Assembly: GCA_965233135.1 (NCBI GenBank)
Contig: CBDDRM010000201.1
Span: forward strand, 6,580-70,579
Length of the DNA stretch: 64,000 bases
Direction of reading: 5' to 3'
From: an uncultured bacterium
GTDB lineage: Bacteria > Pseudomonadota > Gammaproteobacteria > Burkholderiales > JACQAP01
Part shown: piece after piece, positions 1-7,842 of the stretch
How the letters are laid out: every line of letters begins with the position of its first letter
How positions within the stretch are numbered: position 1 is the first letter of the stretch
Program-made: the position numbers and the translations under genes
Notes under the pieces: model-generated
Databases searched by the model: none
The model's input: only the letters and a program-made list of their open reading frames with translations
Told to the model about the DNA's origin: nothing

Positions 1-2345
1 TCGCCGCCGCACATTACAAAGGCCACCTTGCTGCCAATCAGAAAATCGTGTTCCGAGATATAACTTCCGACAAGCATGTTGGCCATGGCCATCTTGAAGG
101 TGGCAATCGCACTGCGACCGGCGGCGGGAATGCGACGGCCCTTCAGGGGTGGGCGGTATGCCGCATCCGCCATAGCATTCAATTCGGCCTTGGCGACATG
201 AAGCAACTCGAATCTGTTCATGACTATGCGATCGCTGGCGCGCAGAAATCCAAGTTCCCTGGCGTGCTCCGCGCTCTTGCCGACCTGCGCGGTGGCCACG
301 TTCTGGAAGTAGGTCTTGAGGAACGGGAAGGAATCGCCGCCCTTGGCGTCCGCTGCGGCCCGCATGGCAAATTCCTTGCAGCCTCCGCCGGCTGGCAACA
401 ATCCGACGCCGGCCTCGACCAGCCCGATGTAGCTTTCCAGCGAGGCGACTGCGCGATCGCAATGCATGGTGAACTCGCAACCACCGCCGAGGGCCATGCC
501 ATCGACTGCCGCGACCGTAGGAACCATGGAGTAGCGCAGCGCCTGTGAAGTCACCTGAAACTGCTCGACGACCTTCTCGACCTTCTCCAGGCGCCCGGCC
601 ATCAGGGAATCCGCCACATTGAGCTTGAAGGCGGCTTTGAGCAGGACCGACTCTGCCTGGCGCTTGAACTTTTTCATCATCGCCGCGAAGGCGGTGGGCT
701 TCTGCTCGCTCTTGCGCGCGCCGCCGCCGGACAGGTTGGCACCAACCGAAAATGGCGGCTCCGTCTGCCAGATGATCAGTCCCTTGAATTGGCGCTCGGA
801 CTCATCCAAAGCCTGCATGACGCCATCGAGCACATCCTCTCCGATGGCATGCATCTTGGTTTTGAAGCTGACGATGGCGATATCGTCCCCGGTGGTCCAC
901 ATGCGTACAGCATCGGATTCGAACACCGTGCTGCCGTAAAGCGCGGTCTCGCCGATAAGGGCATCAGGAAATGGCTGACGGCGGTAAACGGGCAACTGCG
1001 GGCGCGATTGATAATTGCGTTGCGCCACACTCCAGGAGCCTTGCGCTCGATGTACGCCTTCGCGTCCGGGCTCGGTGACCCACGCAGGCAATGGCACGGA
1101 AGCCATGGCCTTGCCGGCAGCAATGTCTTGCGCGATCCAATTTGCCATTTGTTGCCAACCGGCGGCCTGCCAGATTTCGAATGGCCCCTGATTCCAGCCA
1201 AAACCCCAGCGAATGGCCAGATCCAGGTCGCGAGCGTTCTCGGCAATGGAATCCAGATGCACAGCGCAGTAATGCAGCATGTCGCGCATCGCTGCCCACA
1301 TGAACTGCGCGTGGGGGTGTGGGCTCTCGCGCAGTTGGACAAACCGCTCCGCGACATTCCTGTTTTTCAGGATCGACACGACTGCCTCGTCGGCCGCACC
1401 GGTGGACGGCCGGTACTCCTTGCTCTGCAGGTCGAGCACCTGGATTTGCTTGCCCTGCTTTCGATAGATGCCCCGTCCGGATTTCTGACCGAGCGCCTTC
1501 TGGTCGATGAGCTGATTGAACCAGCCAGGCACTTCGTAGTATTTGTGCCACGGATCGTCCGCAAGCGTCTCCTTCATCGTATTAACCACGTGTGCCAGTG
1601 TATCCAGGCCGACCACGTCGGCGGTGCGATAGGTTGCGCTTTTTGGCCGACCAATCAGCGCGCCCGTGAGCGCGTCGACTTCATCGAAGCCAAGGCCGAA
1701 TGCCTGCGTGTGATGGAACGTCGCCAGAATCGAAAAAACGCCGACCCGGTTGGCGATGAAATTGGGTGTGTCCTTGGCGCGGATAACCCCTTTACCGAGG
1801 GTTGTAACGAGAAACTCTTCGAGTTGGTCCAGAATCGCCGGTTGAGTCGCTCGGCCCGAAATCAGTTCCACCAGGTGCATGTAGCGCGGCGGATTGAAGA
1901 AATGTATGCCGCAGAAACGTCCCCGCACCTGCGCCGGCATTGCATCGGCGAGCGAATTGATGGAAAGCCCGGATGTATTGCTCGCAAAGATAGTGTCGTC
2001 GCCAAGATACGGCGCGACTTTCTCGTACAACGCCTTCTTCCAGTCCATGCGTTCGGATATCGCCTCGATAACGACATCGCACTCCTTGAGCAACGCCAGA
2101 TCCTGATCGTAATTGGCCGCCTGAATGTAATCCGCACGGGACGGCACGGACAGCGGGCTTGGTTCGAGCTTCTTCAGGCCATCTATGGCCTTGCGCACGT
2201 TATCGTTGGGATCGCCCTGTTTGGCAGGCAATTCGAAAAGAATCGCCTCAACGCCTGCGTTAACCAGGTGGGCGGCAATCTGCGCTCCCATTACGCCTGC
2301 GCCGAGAACGGCGGCTTTGCGAACAATGCGGGATGCTGGGGCCAT
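1..2345 (-). CDS. Multifunctional beta-oxidation enzyme of the FadB' type: N-terminal 3-hydroxyacyl-CoA dehydrogenase fused to an enoyl-CoA hydratase-like domain. The last C-terminal residues lie beyond base 1.
   Basis: Absent from the ORF track because the minus-strand frame starting at ATG 2345..2343 stays open to base 1; every listed minus ORF here is in the other two frames. Hand translation gives MAPASRIVRKAAVLGAGVMGAQIAAHLVNAGVEAILFELP (Rossmann GxGxxG), then GIHFFNPPRYMHLVELI (3HCDH signature), then PTVAAVDGMALGGGCEF (crotonase fold). About 781 codons are present. The 555-aa + ORF 789..2456 is its antisense shadow. Confidence 0.85.
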   Translation of the reverse strand, partial: MAPASRIVRKAAVLGAGVMGAQIAAHLVNAGVEAILFELPAKQGDPNDNVRKAIDGLKKLEPSPLSVPSRADYIQAANYDQDLALLKECDVVIEAISERMDWKKALYEKVAPYLGDDTIFASNTSGLSINSLADAMPAQVRGRFCGIHFFNPPRYMHLVELISGRATQPAILDQLEEFLVTTLGKGVIRAKDTPNFIANRVGVFSILATFHHTQAFGLGFDEVDALTGALIGRPKSATYRTADVVGLDTLAHVVNTMKETLADDPWHKYYEVPGWFNQLIDQKALGQKSGRGIYRKQGKQIQVLDLQSKEYRPSTGAADEAVVSILKNRNVAERFVQLRESPHPHAQFMWAAMRDMLHYCAVHLDSIAENARDLDLAIRWGFGWNQGPFEIWQAAGWQQMANWIAQDIAAGKAMASVPLPAWVTEPGREGVHRAQGSWSVAQRNYQSRPQLPVYRRQPFPDALIGETALYGSTVFESDAVRMWTTGDDIAIVSFKTKMHAIGEDVLDGVMQALDESERQFKGLIIWQTEPPFSVGANLSGGGARKSEQKPTAFAAMMKKFKRQAESVLLKAAFKLNVADSLMAGRLEKVEKVVEQFQVTSQALRYSMVPTVAAVDGMALGGGCEFTMHCDRAVASLESYIGLVEAGVGLLPAGGGCKEFAMRAAADAKGGDSFPFLKTYFQNVATAQVGKSAEHARELGFLRASDRIVMNRFELLHVAKAELNAMADAAYRPPLKGRRIPAAGRSAIATFKMAMANMLVGSYISEHDFLIGSKVAFVMCGG

Positions 2346-2396
2346 GTCGATTCCTCGAGCGACGGCACGGACATGGCCATGCCTGGACAATCAGAA

Positions 2397-2421
2397 CGGC
2401 GGCGGGACGCGCCCGCCGCCG
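2397..2421 (-). terminator. Putative intrinsic terminator or strong hairpin after fadL
   Basis: Perfect 10-bp GC stem CGGCGGCGGG / CCCGCCGCCG with a 5-nt loop, 6 nt beyond the fadL stop. On the transcribed strand it is followed by UUCUGAUUG, so the U-tract is weak. Confidence 0.5.
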
Positions 2422-2427
2422 GATCAA

Positions 2428-3765
2428 TCAGAAGCTCAGCGTGTACTGGACGCTGAAAATATCGACGGAGCCTTCGTAGCTGCCCTGCACATTCGAGACC
2501 GTGGCGGGGTTGACCGTCGTGGTACCCGGATTGAACTGGCCGCGACTGAAGTCGATTTCCGCATCCTTGATGAAAATGTGCGTGTAGCCAAAATCGAGCT
2601 TACCGGTCTGCTTGACTTTCAGTTGCGCACCGAGCGAAACCCACGTGCGATCATTGTCGGGCAGTCTTACTGTACGGCTGCTTGCGTCTTTGACTGGTGA
2701 TTCGTCGAAGGCAACGCCACCCTTCAGCGTCCAAGCGTCGTTGAGCTTGTAGTTTGCGCCAATTGAATATCGCCACGCGTCGTCAAAGTTCAACGTCAGC
2801 TGGTCGCGCACGGATCCATTGTTGCCGTCCCTGATGTCGATCGTCTGGATCGTGCCCCACCGGGTGAACGTTACATCGCCGAGCAACTGTAGCTTGTCAT
2901 TGAGCTGATGACTCAGGCTCAACGAGTACATGTCGGGCAAAGTCACATCTGCCTTGGCAGGTCCCGTGGCGAGAGGCACGAGCGCGCCGTTGCTCGCCTG
3001 GGTCACCGTAATGTCGCCCTCCAATTCGTAGTCGATCTCTGACCGGTAGGCGACACCTACGCGCGTAGCAGGCGTCAGGCTCCATAGCACCCCGACATTC
3101 CAACCCCATCCGTCATCATCGGCTTCCAGTTTCGCGCGGCCTTCCGTCAAGCCCGCAAAGGCAGGCGGGGCCAGAACCACTGCATTGGTGAGTTCGGCGT
3201 CCAGGCGCTGGTAGTTAAGACCCGCGCCGACTGACAGCGCGTCGTTCACCTTGAACGAAAGCGATGGATTCACATTGATGGTCGAGATTTCCGACTTGAT
3301 TCCCTGAAATCTTCCAATCCAGTTGTCATCGTATTCCGTTACCAACCCGAACGGCACGTTGATGCCGACGCCGAAATGCAACTGCTCGCCAATGGGCATG
3401 ACGAAATATGCATTCGGTACCACGGAGAGCCCTCCAGCATCGCCACCATTTCCTCCGGGCTGACTTCCAGAGCCGGCCGCCGCCGGCGGTATCGTGGAAC
3501 CCGAATCGCTGAACTTTGCCCGCAAATCGATCAAATGCGCACCCAGCGTGACTTGCATCCCACCGAGCTGGGACATGCCGGCCGGATTGAAGAATATGGT
3601 ACTGGCGTCCTCGGCCGTTGCCGCAGCACCAGCGTACGCATTGCCCATGCCGCTTGCGCTTTGCTCGATCAGCGCAAAGCCCGCTGCCGAAGCGAGAGAC
3701 GATGCGCCGCCGAGCGCCAGTGCAACGGCCGATGCAAGTAGGTGTAGTTGATGTTTTTCGCGCAT
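2428..3765 (-). CDS. fadL: Outer-membrane long-chain fatty acid / hydrophobic compound channel, FadL/TodX family
   Basis: 445-aa ORF with signal peptide MREKHQLHLLASAVALALGGASSLASA. N-terminal FALIEQSASGMGNAYAG...NPAGM hatch motif and a C-terminal aromatic ending (YTLSF). Strong SD GGAGAGG before the ATG. Confidence 0.9.
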   Translation of the reverse strand: MREKHQLHLLASAVALALGGASSLASAAGFALIEQSASGMGNAYAGAAATAEDASTIFFNPAGMSQLGGMQVTLGAHLIDLRAKFSDSGSTIPPAAAGSGSQPGGNGGDAGGLSVVPNAYFVMPIGEQLHFGVGINVPFGLVTEYDDNWIGRFQGIKSEISTINVNPSLSFKVNDALSVGAGLNYQRLDAELTNAVVLAPPAFAGLTEGRAKLEADDDGWGWNVGVLWSLTPATRVGVAYRSEIDYELEGDITVTQASNGALVPLATGPAKADVTLPDMYSLSLSHQLNDKLQLLGDVTFTRWGTIQTIDIRDGNNGSVRDQLTLNFDDAWRYSIGANYKLNDAWTLKGGVAFDESPVKDASSRTVRLPDNDRTWVSLGAQLKVKQTGKLDFGYTHIFIKDAEIDFSRGQFNPGTTTVNPATVSNVQGSYEGSVDIFSVQYTLSF

Positions 3766-3819
3766 TATCCTCTCCTATGAAAAATGGGTCGTTCGAAATA
3801 TCTTCCAATAGTAGACCAG

Positions 3820-4239
3820 TTAGGCTCGCGCCACCAACCGCGGGCGCCGCTCATCGTCCACAGCCACGTATGTCAGTGTCGCTTCGGTGACTTTTACTGC
3901 GTCATCCGATGCACGGCGGCGCGCGTAAACCTCGACGTCCACCGTAATCGAAGTGCGACCGACGCGGGCCACTTCGGCGTAGAAACTGACCACGTCGCCG
4001 ATCATCACCGGTTGCTTGAATACGAAAGAATTGACAGCCACAGTCGCCACTCTTCCTTTCGCGAGTTCTATGGCGGGGATGGCACCCGCGATATCGACTT
4101 GCGACATGATCCAGCCACCGAATATGTCCCCCGTGTAGTTGGCATCCGAGGGCATCGGCACGACGCGCAGCGTGGGTTCGCGACCCGCTGGTAGTCCAAC
4201 CGCCGCTTCCTTTCGCGGCCGGGATTCAGTGTCCGGCAT
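3820..4239 (-). CDS. Acyl-CoA thioesterase, YciA-like hotdog fold
   Basis: Translation LRVVPMPSDANYTGDIFGGWIMSQVDIAGAI...VATVAVNSFVFKQPVMIGDVVSFYAEV matches the YciA/Acot hotdog pattern. The start was moved from the track GTG 4284 to ATG 4239, which has SD GAGGAA 4 nt upstream. It overlaps the upstream ligase stop by 14 nt. Confidence 0.8.
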   Translation of the reverse strand: MPDTESRPRKEAAVGLPAGREPTLRVVPMPSDANYTGDIFGGWIMSQVDIAGAIPAIELAKGRVATVAVNSFVFKQPVMIGDVVSFYAEVARVGRTSITVDVEVYARRRASDDAVKVTEATLTYVAVDDERRPRLVARA

Positions 4240-6028
4240 ACAGTTCCTCGAACTCTCTCTTGTAGGTATCAACCACTTTTGCACGCTTGAGTTTCATCGT
4301 TGGCGTCAACAGACCGTTTTCGATAGTCCAGGGTTCGGCCAGCACGGCAACGCGATGAATTTGTGCGAAACCCGGGAACGACCGTATCTGATGTTGCACT
4401 CGCTCGAGCACGACTTTGCGTGCAGGTTCGCTGCCCATTATGCCAGCCACATGTGTCGGCAGTCCTCGCTCGCTTGCCAGCTTCGTCCATTGGTCCTGAT
4501 TGACCACGATGAACGCACTCAGGTAAGGCCGCCCTTCTCCAAGCACAACCACTTGCTCGAACAGGTTGTCCTGCAAAATGGCGGCCTCCATGTCCACAGG
4601 CGGAATTTTCTCGCCGTTGGACATCACGATGATTTCCTTCAACCGCCCCGTGATATAGATATGGCCCGTGTCATCGAAGCGTGCTATATCGCCCGTGTTC
4701 AGCCATCCGTCGGCGGTGAACATCGCCTTGGTAGCGTCCGGCAGATTCCAGTAGCCGAGCATTACATTCGGTCCCTTGACGAGTAGTGCGTCCTTGTCGC
4801 CTAGTTTGACCTGAACGCCAGGAATCACCTTGCCAATGCTGGCCGGGACGTTGTCGTCCAGCCGATTCGTACTCACCACGGGACTGGTTTCTGTCAATCC
4901 GTAACCCTGCAAAATGGGCAGGCCCAGCCCGATGAACAATTTGGCAATCTCAGGCGACAGGGCCGCGCCACCGCTGACGGCTGCGCGCAACCGCCCCCCC
5001 AAACGCGCCATAACTTTGGCAGCGACAAGGCGGTTGAAAATCGGCCAAAGGAGAAAGGAAGCTTTCCATGGCCCCCTCCCCTGTTCGTGCTCAAACTTTG
5101 CCCATCCTATCGCCACGGCGGTCTCAAACAGCTTGCGCCGCGATGCCGGGCCTTCAGCCAGCTTGGTCTTGATGCTGGCGTAAACACGCTCGTAGATTCG
5201 TGGCACGGACACCATCAGTGTGGGGCGAATGGCGACAAGGTCCTCGCCAAGTTGCGGAATCGAGCGGGCATAGGCCACGCAAGCCCCAGCCATCATGGTC
5301 AGATAACAGCCCGACGTACGCTCCAGCGTGTGTGACATGGGCAGGAATGAAAGGAACACATCTTGCGGCGTGACTGGAAAACACTGCAGCGCGGCGGCCG
5401 CGTTCTCCAGCATGTTCTTGTGCGAAAGCATGACTCCCTTGGGTTTTCCGGTCGTACCGGAGGTATAAATGATGCTGGTGAGTTTCGTGCCGTCCTTGTT
5501 GACGTGCCTCACCGCCGCGCCGCTATTGGGTAACCACTCGGCCAGGCTCTTCAGACGTGGATCCGAAGAAGGACCCGAAAGCGCATTGATGCTCACAACG
5601 CATTTCAGTCCGGCCAATTGGTCCTGGACATGTGCGAACGTCGGCCACTGATCCGCGCTCTCCAGCACCAGCACCTTGGCTCCGGAATCCTGGACAATGT
5701 AAGCGATATTGTCCGGACGATCGGACGTGTACAACGGCACCGTGACAAGATCGAGTCCCATGGCGGCTTGATCGAAAACGATCCAGTTGACGCTGTTACG
5801 CAGCATGATCGCAACACGATCGCCGGGCTGTAATCCCAGCGCATCGAAACCCGCCTGCCAGCGCGCGACCATTTTTTCGACGTCGCCCCAGGTATAGTCC
5901 TTCCAGCCGCCGGGCTCCTCGAAATTTTTGTAGGCCACGCTCGTGGCGGAGCGGCGCACGCGCTCCTGAAACAAGCCGTCCAGAGTTTTTGCAATTTCGG
6001 GGGCGATGACATCGGTTTTCTGCGCCAT
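4226..6028 (-). CDS. Long-chain fatty acid-CoA ligase (AMP-forming, ACSL-like, 600 aa)
   Basis: AMP-binding signatures YTSGTTGKPKGV, GYGLTE and TGDIARFDDTGHIYITGRLKE, with a C-terminal PTMKLKR motif. Confidence 0.9.
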   Translation of the reverse strand: MAQKTDVIAPEIAKTLDGLFQERVRRSATSVAYKNFEEPGGWKDYTWGDVEKMVARWQAGFDALGLQPGDRVAIMLRNSVNWIVFDQAAMGLDLVTVPLYTSDRPDNIAYIVQDSGAKVLVLESADQWPTFAHVQDQLAGLKCVVSINALSGPSSDPRLKSLAEWLPNSGAAVRHVNKDGTKLTSIIYTSGTTGKPKGVMLSHKNMLENAAAALQCFPVTPQDVFLSFLPMSHTLERTSGCYLTMMAGACVAYARSIPQLGEDLVAIRPTLMVSVPRIYERVYASIKTKLAEGPASRRKLFETAVAIGWAKFEHEQGRGPWKASFLLWPIFNRLVAAKVMARLGGRLRAAVSGGAALSPEIAKLFIGLGLPILQGYGLTETSPVVSTNRLDDNVPASIGKVIPGVQVKLGDKDALLVKGPNVMLGYWNLPDATKAMFTADGWLNTGDIARFDDTGHIYITGRLKEIIVMSNGEKIPPVDMEAAILQDNLFEQVVVLGEGRPYLSAFIVVNQDQWTKLASERGLPTHVAGIMGSEPARKVVLERVQHQIRSFPGFAQIHRVAVLAEPWTIENGLLTPTMKLKRAKVVDTYKREFEELYAGH

Positions 6029-6054
6029 TCGAGGTCTCCAGTCTGTAGCGCGCG

Positions 6055-6873
6055 TTAATCGAGAAAAATATCGGGATAAAGCCGCTCACCCGGCTTGAAC
6101 GCGTAGGGTTCGAAATCGTGAATCCCGCGTGCCCGCAGGACGTCTTCATCTACCAGGAACTGGCCAGTCAGCCTTCGGCTGTCGGTTACCACGACGGCAT
6201 GCGCGGCATCAGCCATGATTGCTGGCACGCGGCTGCCAGCCAACGCCTGGGGGAAAAACACTTCAACAGCAGCCGTGGCTATGGTCGTACGTGGCCACAG
6301 CGAATTAACTGCGATGCCTTGATCGGCGAATTCGGCGGCCATCCCCAGTGTACACATGCTCATGCCGTATTTAGCCATGGTGTAAGCCACATGATTCCTG
6401 AACCATTTCGGATTGAGGTTCAATGGGGGTGAAAGGTTGAGAATGTGGGGATTAGCGGATTTAAACAGATAGGGAATGCACGCCTGGGAACAAAGAAAGG
6501 TGCCCCGCGCATTGATCTGGTTCATCAAATCATAGCGCTTGACGGTCGTTGCAAGCGTGCCTGTCATGCTTAGCGCGCTGGCATTATTCACCAGAATGTC
6601 GATTCCCCCAAAAACTTCAGCAGCCGTCTTGACCGCGGCAAGAACGGCCTGTTCCTCGCGCACATCCAACTGTAGGGGCAGCGCGCGCCCCCCGGCGTCC
6701 TCGACTTCTCGCGCCGCGGATTGAATAGTGCCGATAGCCTTGGGATCGGGCCCCACGCTTTTGCCCGTGACCACGATGTTTGCCCCGTCGCGGGCGAATC
6801 GCAATGCGATGGCCTTGCCAATACCCCGCGTCGCACCGGTAATGAAAACCGTTTTGTTGTTCAGGTTCGACAT
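6055..6873 (-). CDS. Short-chain dehydrogenase/reductase (HSDL2-like SDR)
   Basis: KTVFITGATRGIGKAIALRFARDGANIVV (TGxxxGxG) plus a YTMAK catalytic Y-x3-K. It lies 26 nt upstream of the ligase on the same strand. Confidence 0.85.
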   Translation of the reverse strand: MSNLNNKTVFITGATRGIGKAIALRFARDGANIVVTGKSVGPDPKAIGTIQSAAREVEDAGGRALPLQLDVREEQAVLAAVKTAAEVFGGIDILVNNASALSMTGTLATTVKRYDLMNQINARGTFLCSQACIPYLFKSANPHILNLSPPLNLNPKWFRNHVAYTMAKYGMSMCTLGMAAEFADQGIAVNSLWPRTTIATAAVEVFFPQALAGSRVPAIMADAAHAVVVTDSRRLTGQFLVDEDVLRARGIHDFEPYAFKPGERLYPDIFLD

Positions 6874-7086
6874 GTCCCTGACCGCGATAACTGCCGACGG
6901 ATGACTGCAGTCTGGCGCGAGCGCACGCGTCGGACCGCTCGTCGCATCGGTGACAGTGTCTGACCAACCAGCGCCCCGGTCAAGCGCAGGTCGAATGCCG
7001 GGCAGGAAACGGCAGTAACCCGGAACGCTGTCCGGAGGTTAGCTAGTGCAACTGTTCAAGGCTGATGCTGCCGGATGAAGCCGCGA

Positions 7087-7842
7087 TCAACGCTTTGTGG
7101 TCGGGACCATCTGGGTCGAGCTCAACAGCGCCAGTTCCAGCAGCTCCAGACTGCGCTTGGCGGCGAACATCACCTGGCGTTGCATTCTCTCCGTGATCGC
7201 GTAATGTTTGACGATCTCCAACGCGAACTTTGGATGCTCGTCGTCATAATGACAATGTTCCCGAATCCACTTGTAGGTCTTCGGATTCATATCAACGCCT
7301 GGCCGATCCCGATATGATTCGAAGCCGGTGGCGATCTTCCTGGCCAACGCACCGGCCACACCTTCGATCGCGAAACTCGTCGCAGCGACGGCCTCCGCCA
7401 GGGATCCCTTGGCGTTGACACGCCAAACCCAGTCTGTCAACGATTGCACATCCCTCAGGATGGGTGTCTCGCCTTCGGCCAGTTGCAGCATCTTCTGGCG
7501 ATCCAAGCCGAACCCTTCACCCATCCATAGCCAATGTTCCGCGTGCGCTCTTTCGATCCGGATATTCTCGATAAGGAAAGTACGCGAGAAATCATCTTCA
7601 ACCTTGATCAGGCCTTCGGCAAGAAACTTCGGAAAATCATAAATGAAGGGATAGATTTGCAGAATCCATCCCTGCATCTGCTCGACGCTGAGGCGCGCGG
7701 ATGCGACCGACTGTGCCCACTGGCCGTTCACGACGTTATCCCAATGGGGGGCCACGAACTCATAGAGCGAGGACACCCAGCGGGGATGCGAAGTCATCTC
7801 CCGAACCGCATTGTCATTCATATTCATGGTCTTTTCTTTCAT
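7087..7842 (-). CDS. TenA/PqqC/heme-oxygenase-like iron-containing redox enzyme family protein
   Basis: 251 aa, predicted all-helical. Carboxylate/His pairs IENIRIERAHAEHW and EHCHYDDEHPKF resemble heme-oxygenase-like di-iron or TenA-PqqC proteins. The ATG overlaps the upstream stop (ATGA at 7839..7842). Confidence 0.6.
   Translation of the reverse strand: MKEKTMNMNDNAVREMTSHPRWVSSLYEFVAPHWDNVVNGQWAQSVASARLSVEQMQGWILQIYPFIYDFPKFLAEGLIKVEDDFSRTFLIENIRIERAHAEHWLWMGEGFGLDRQKMLQLAEGETPILRDVQSLTDWVWRVNAKGSLAEAVAATSFAIEGVAGALARKIATGFESYRDRPGVDMNPKTYKWIREHCHYDDEHPKFALEIVKHYAITERMQRQVMFAAKRSLELLELALLSSTQMVPTTKR

Noticed and set aside
789-2456. 555-aa + strand ORF, the longest listed ORF in the first 2.5 kb
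   Set aside because: It lies antisense to the FadB'-type gene, whose translation has clear Rossmann, 3HCDH and crotonase motifs. Its own translation is Arg/Gly/Ala-rich with no motif. This is a high-GC shadow ORF.
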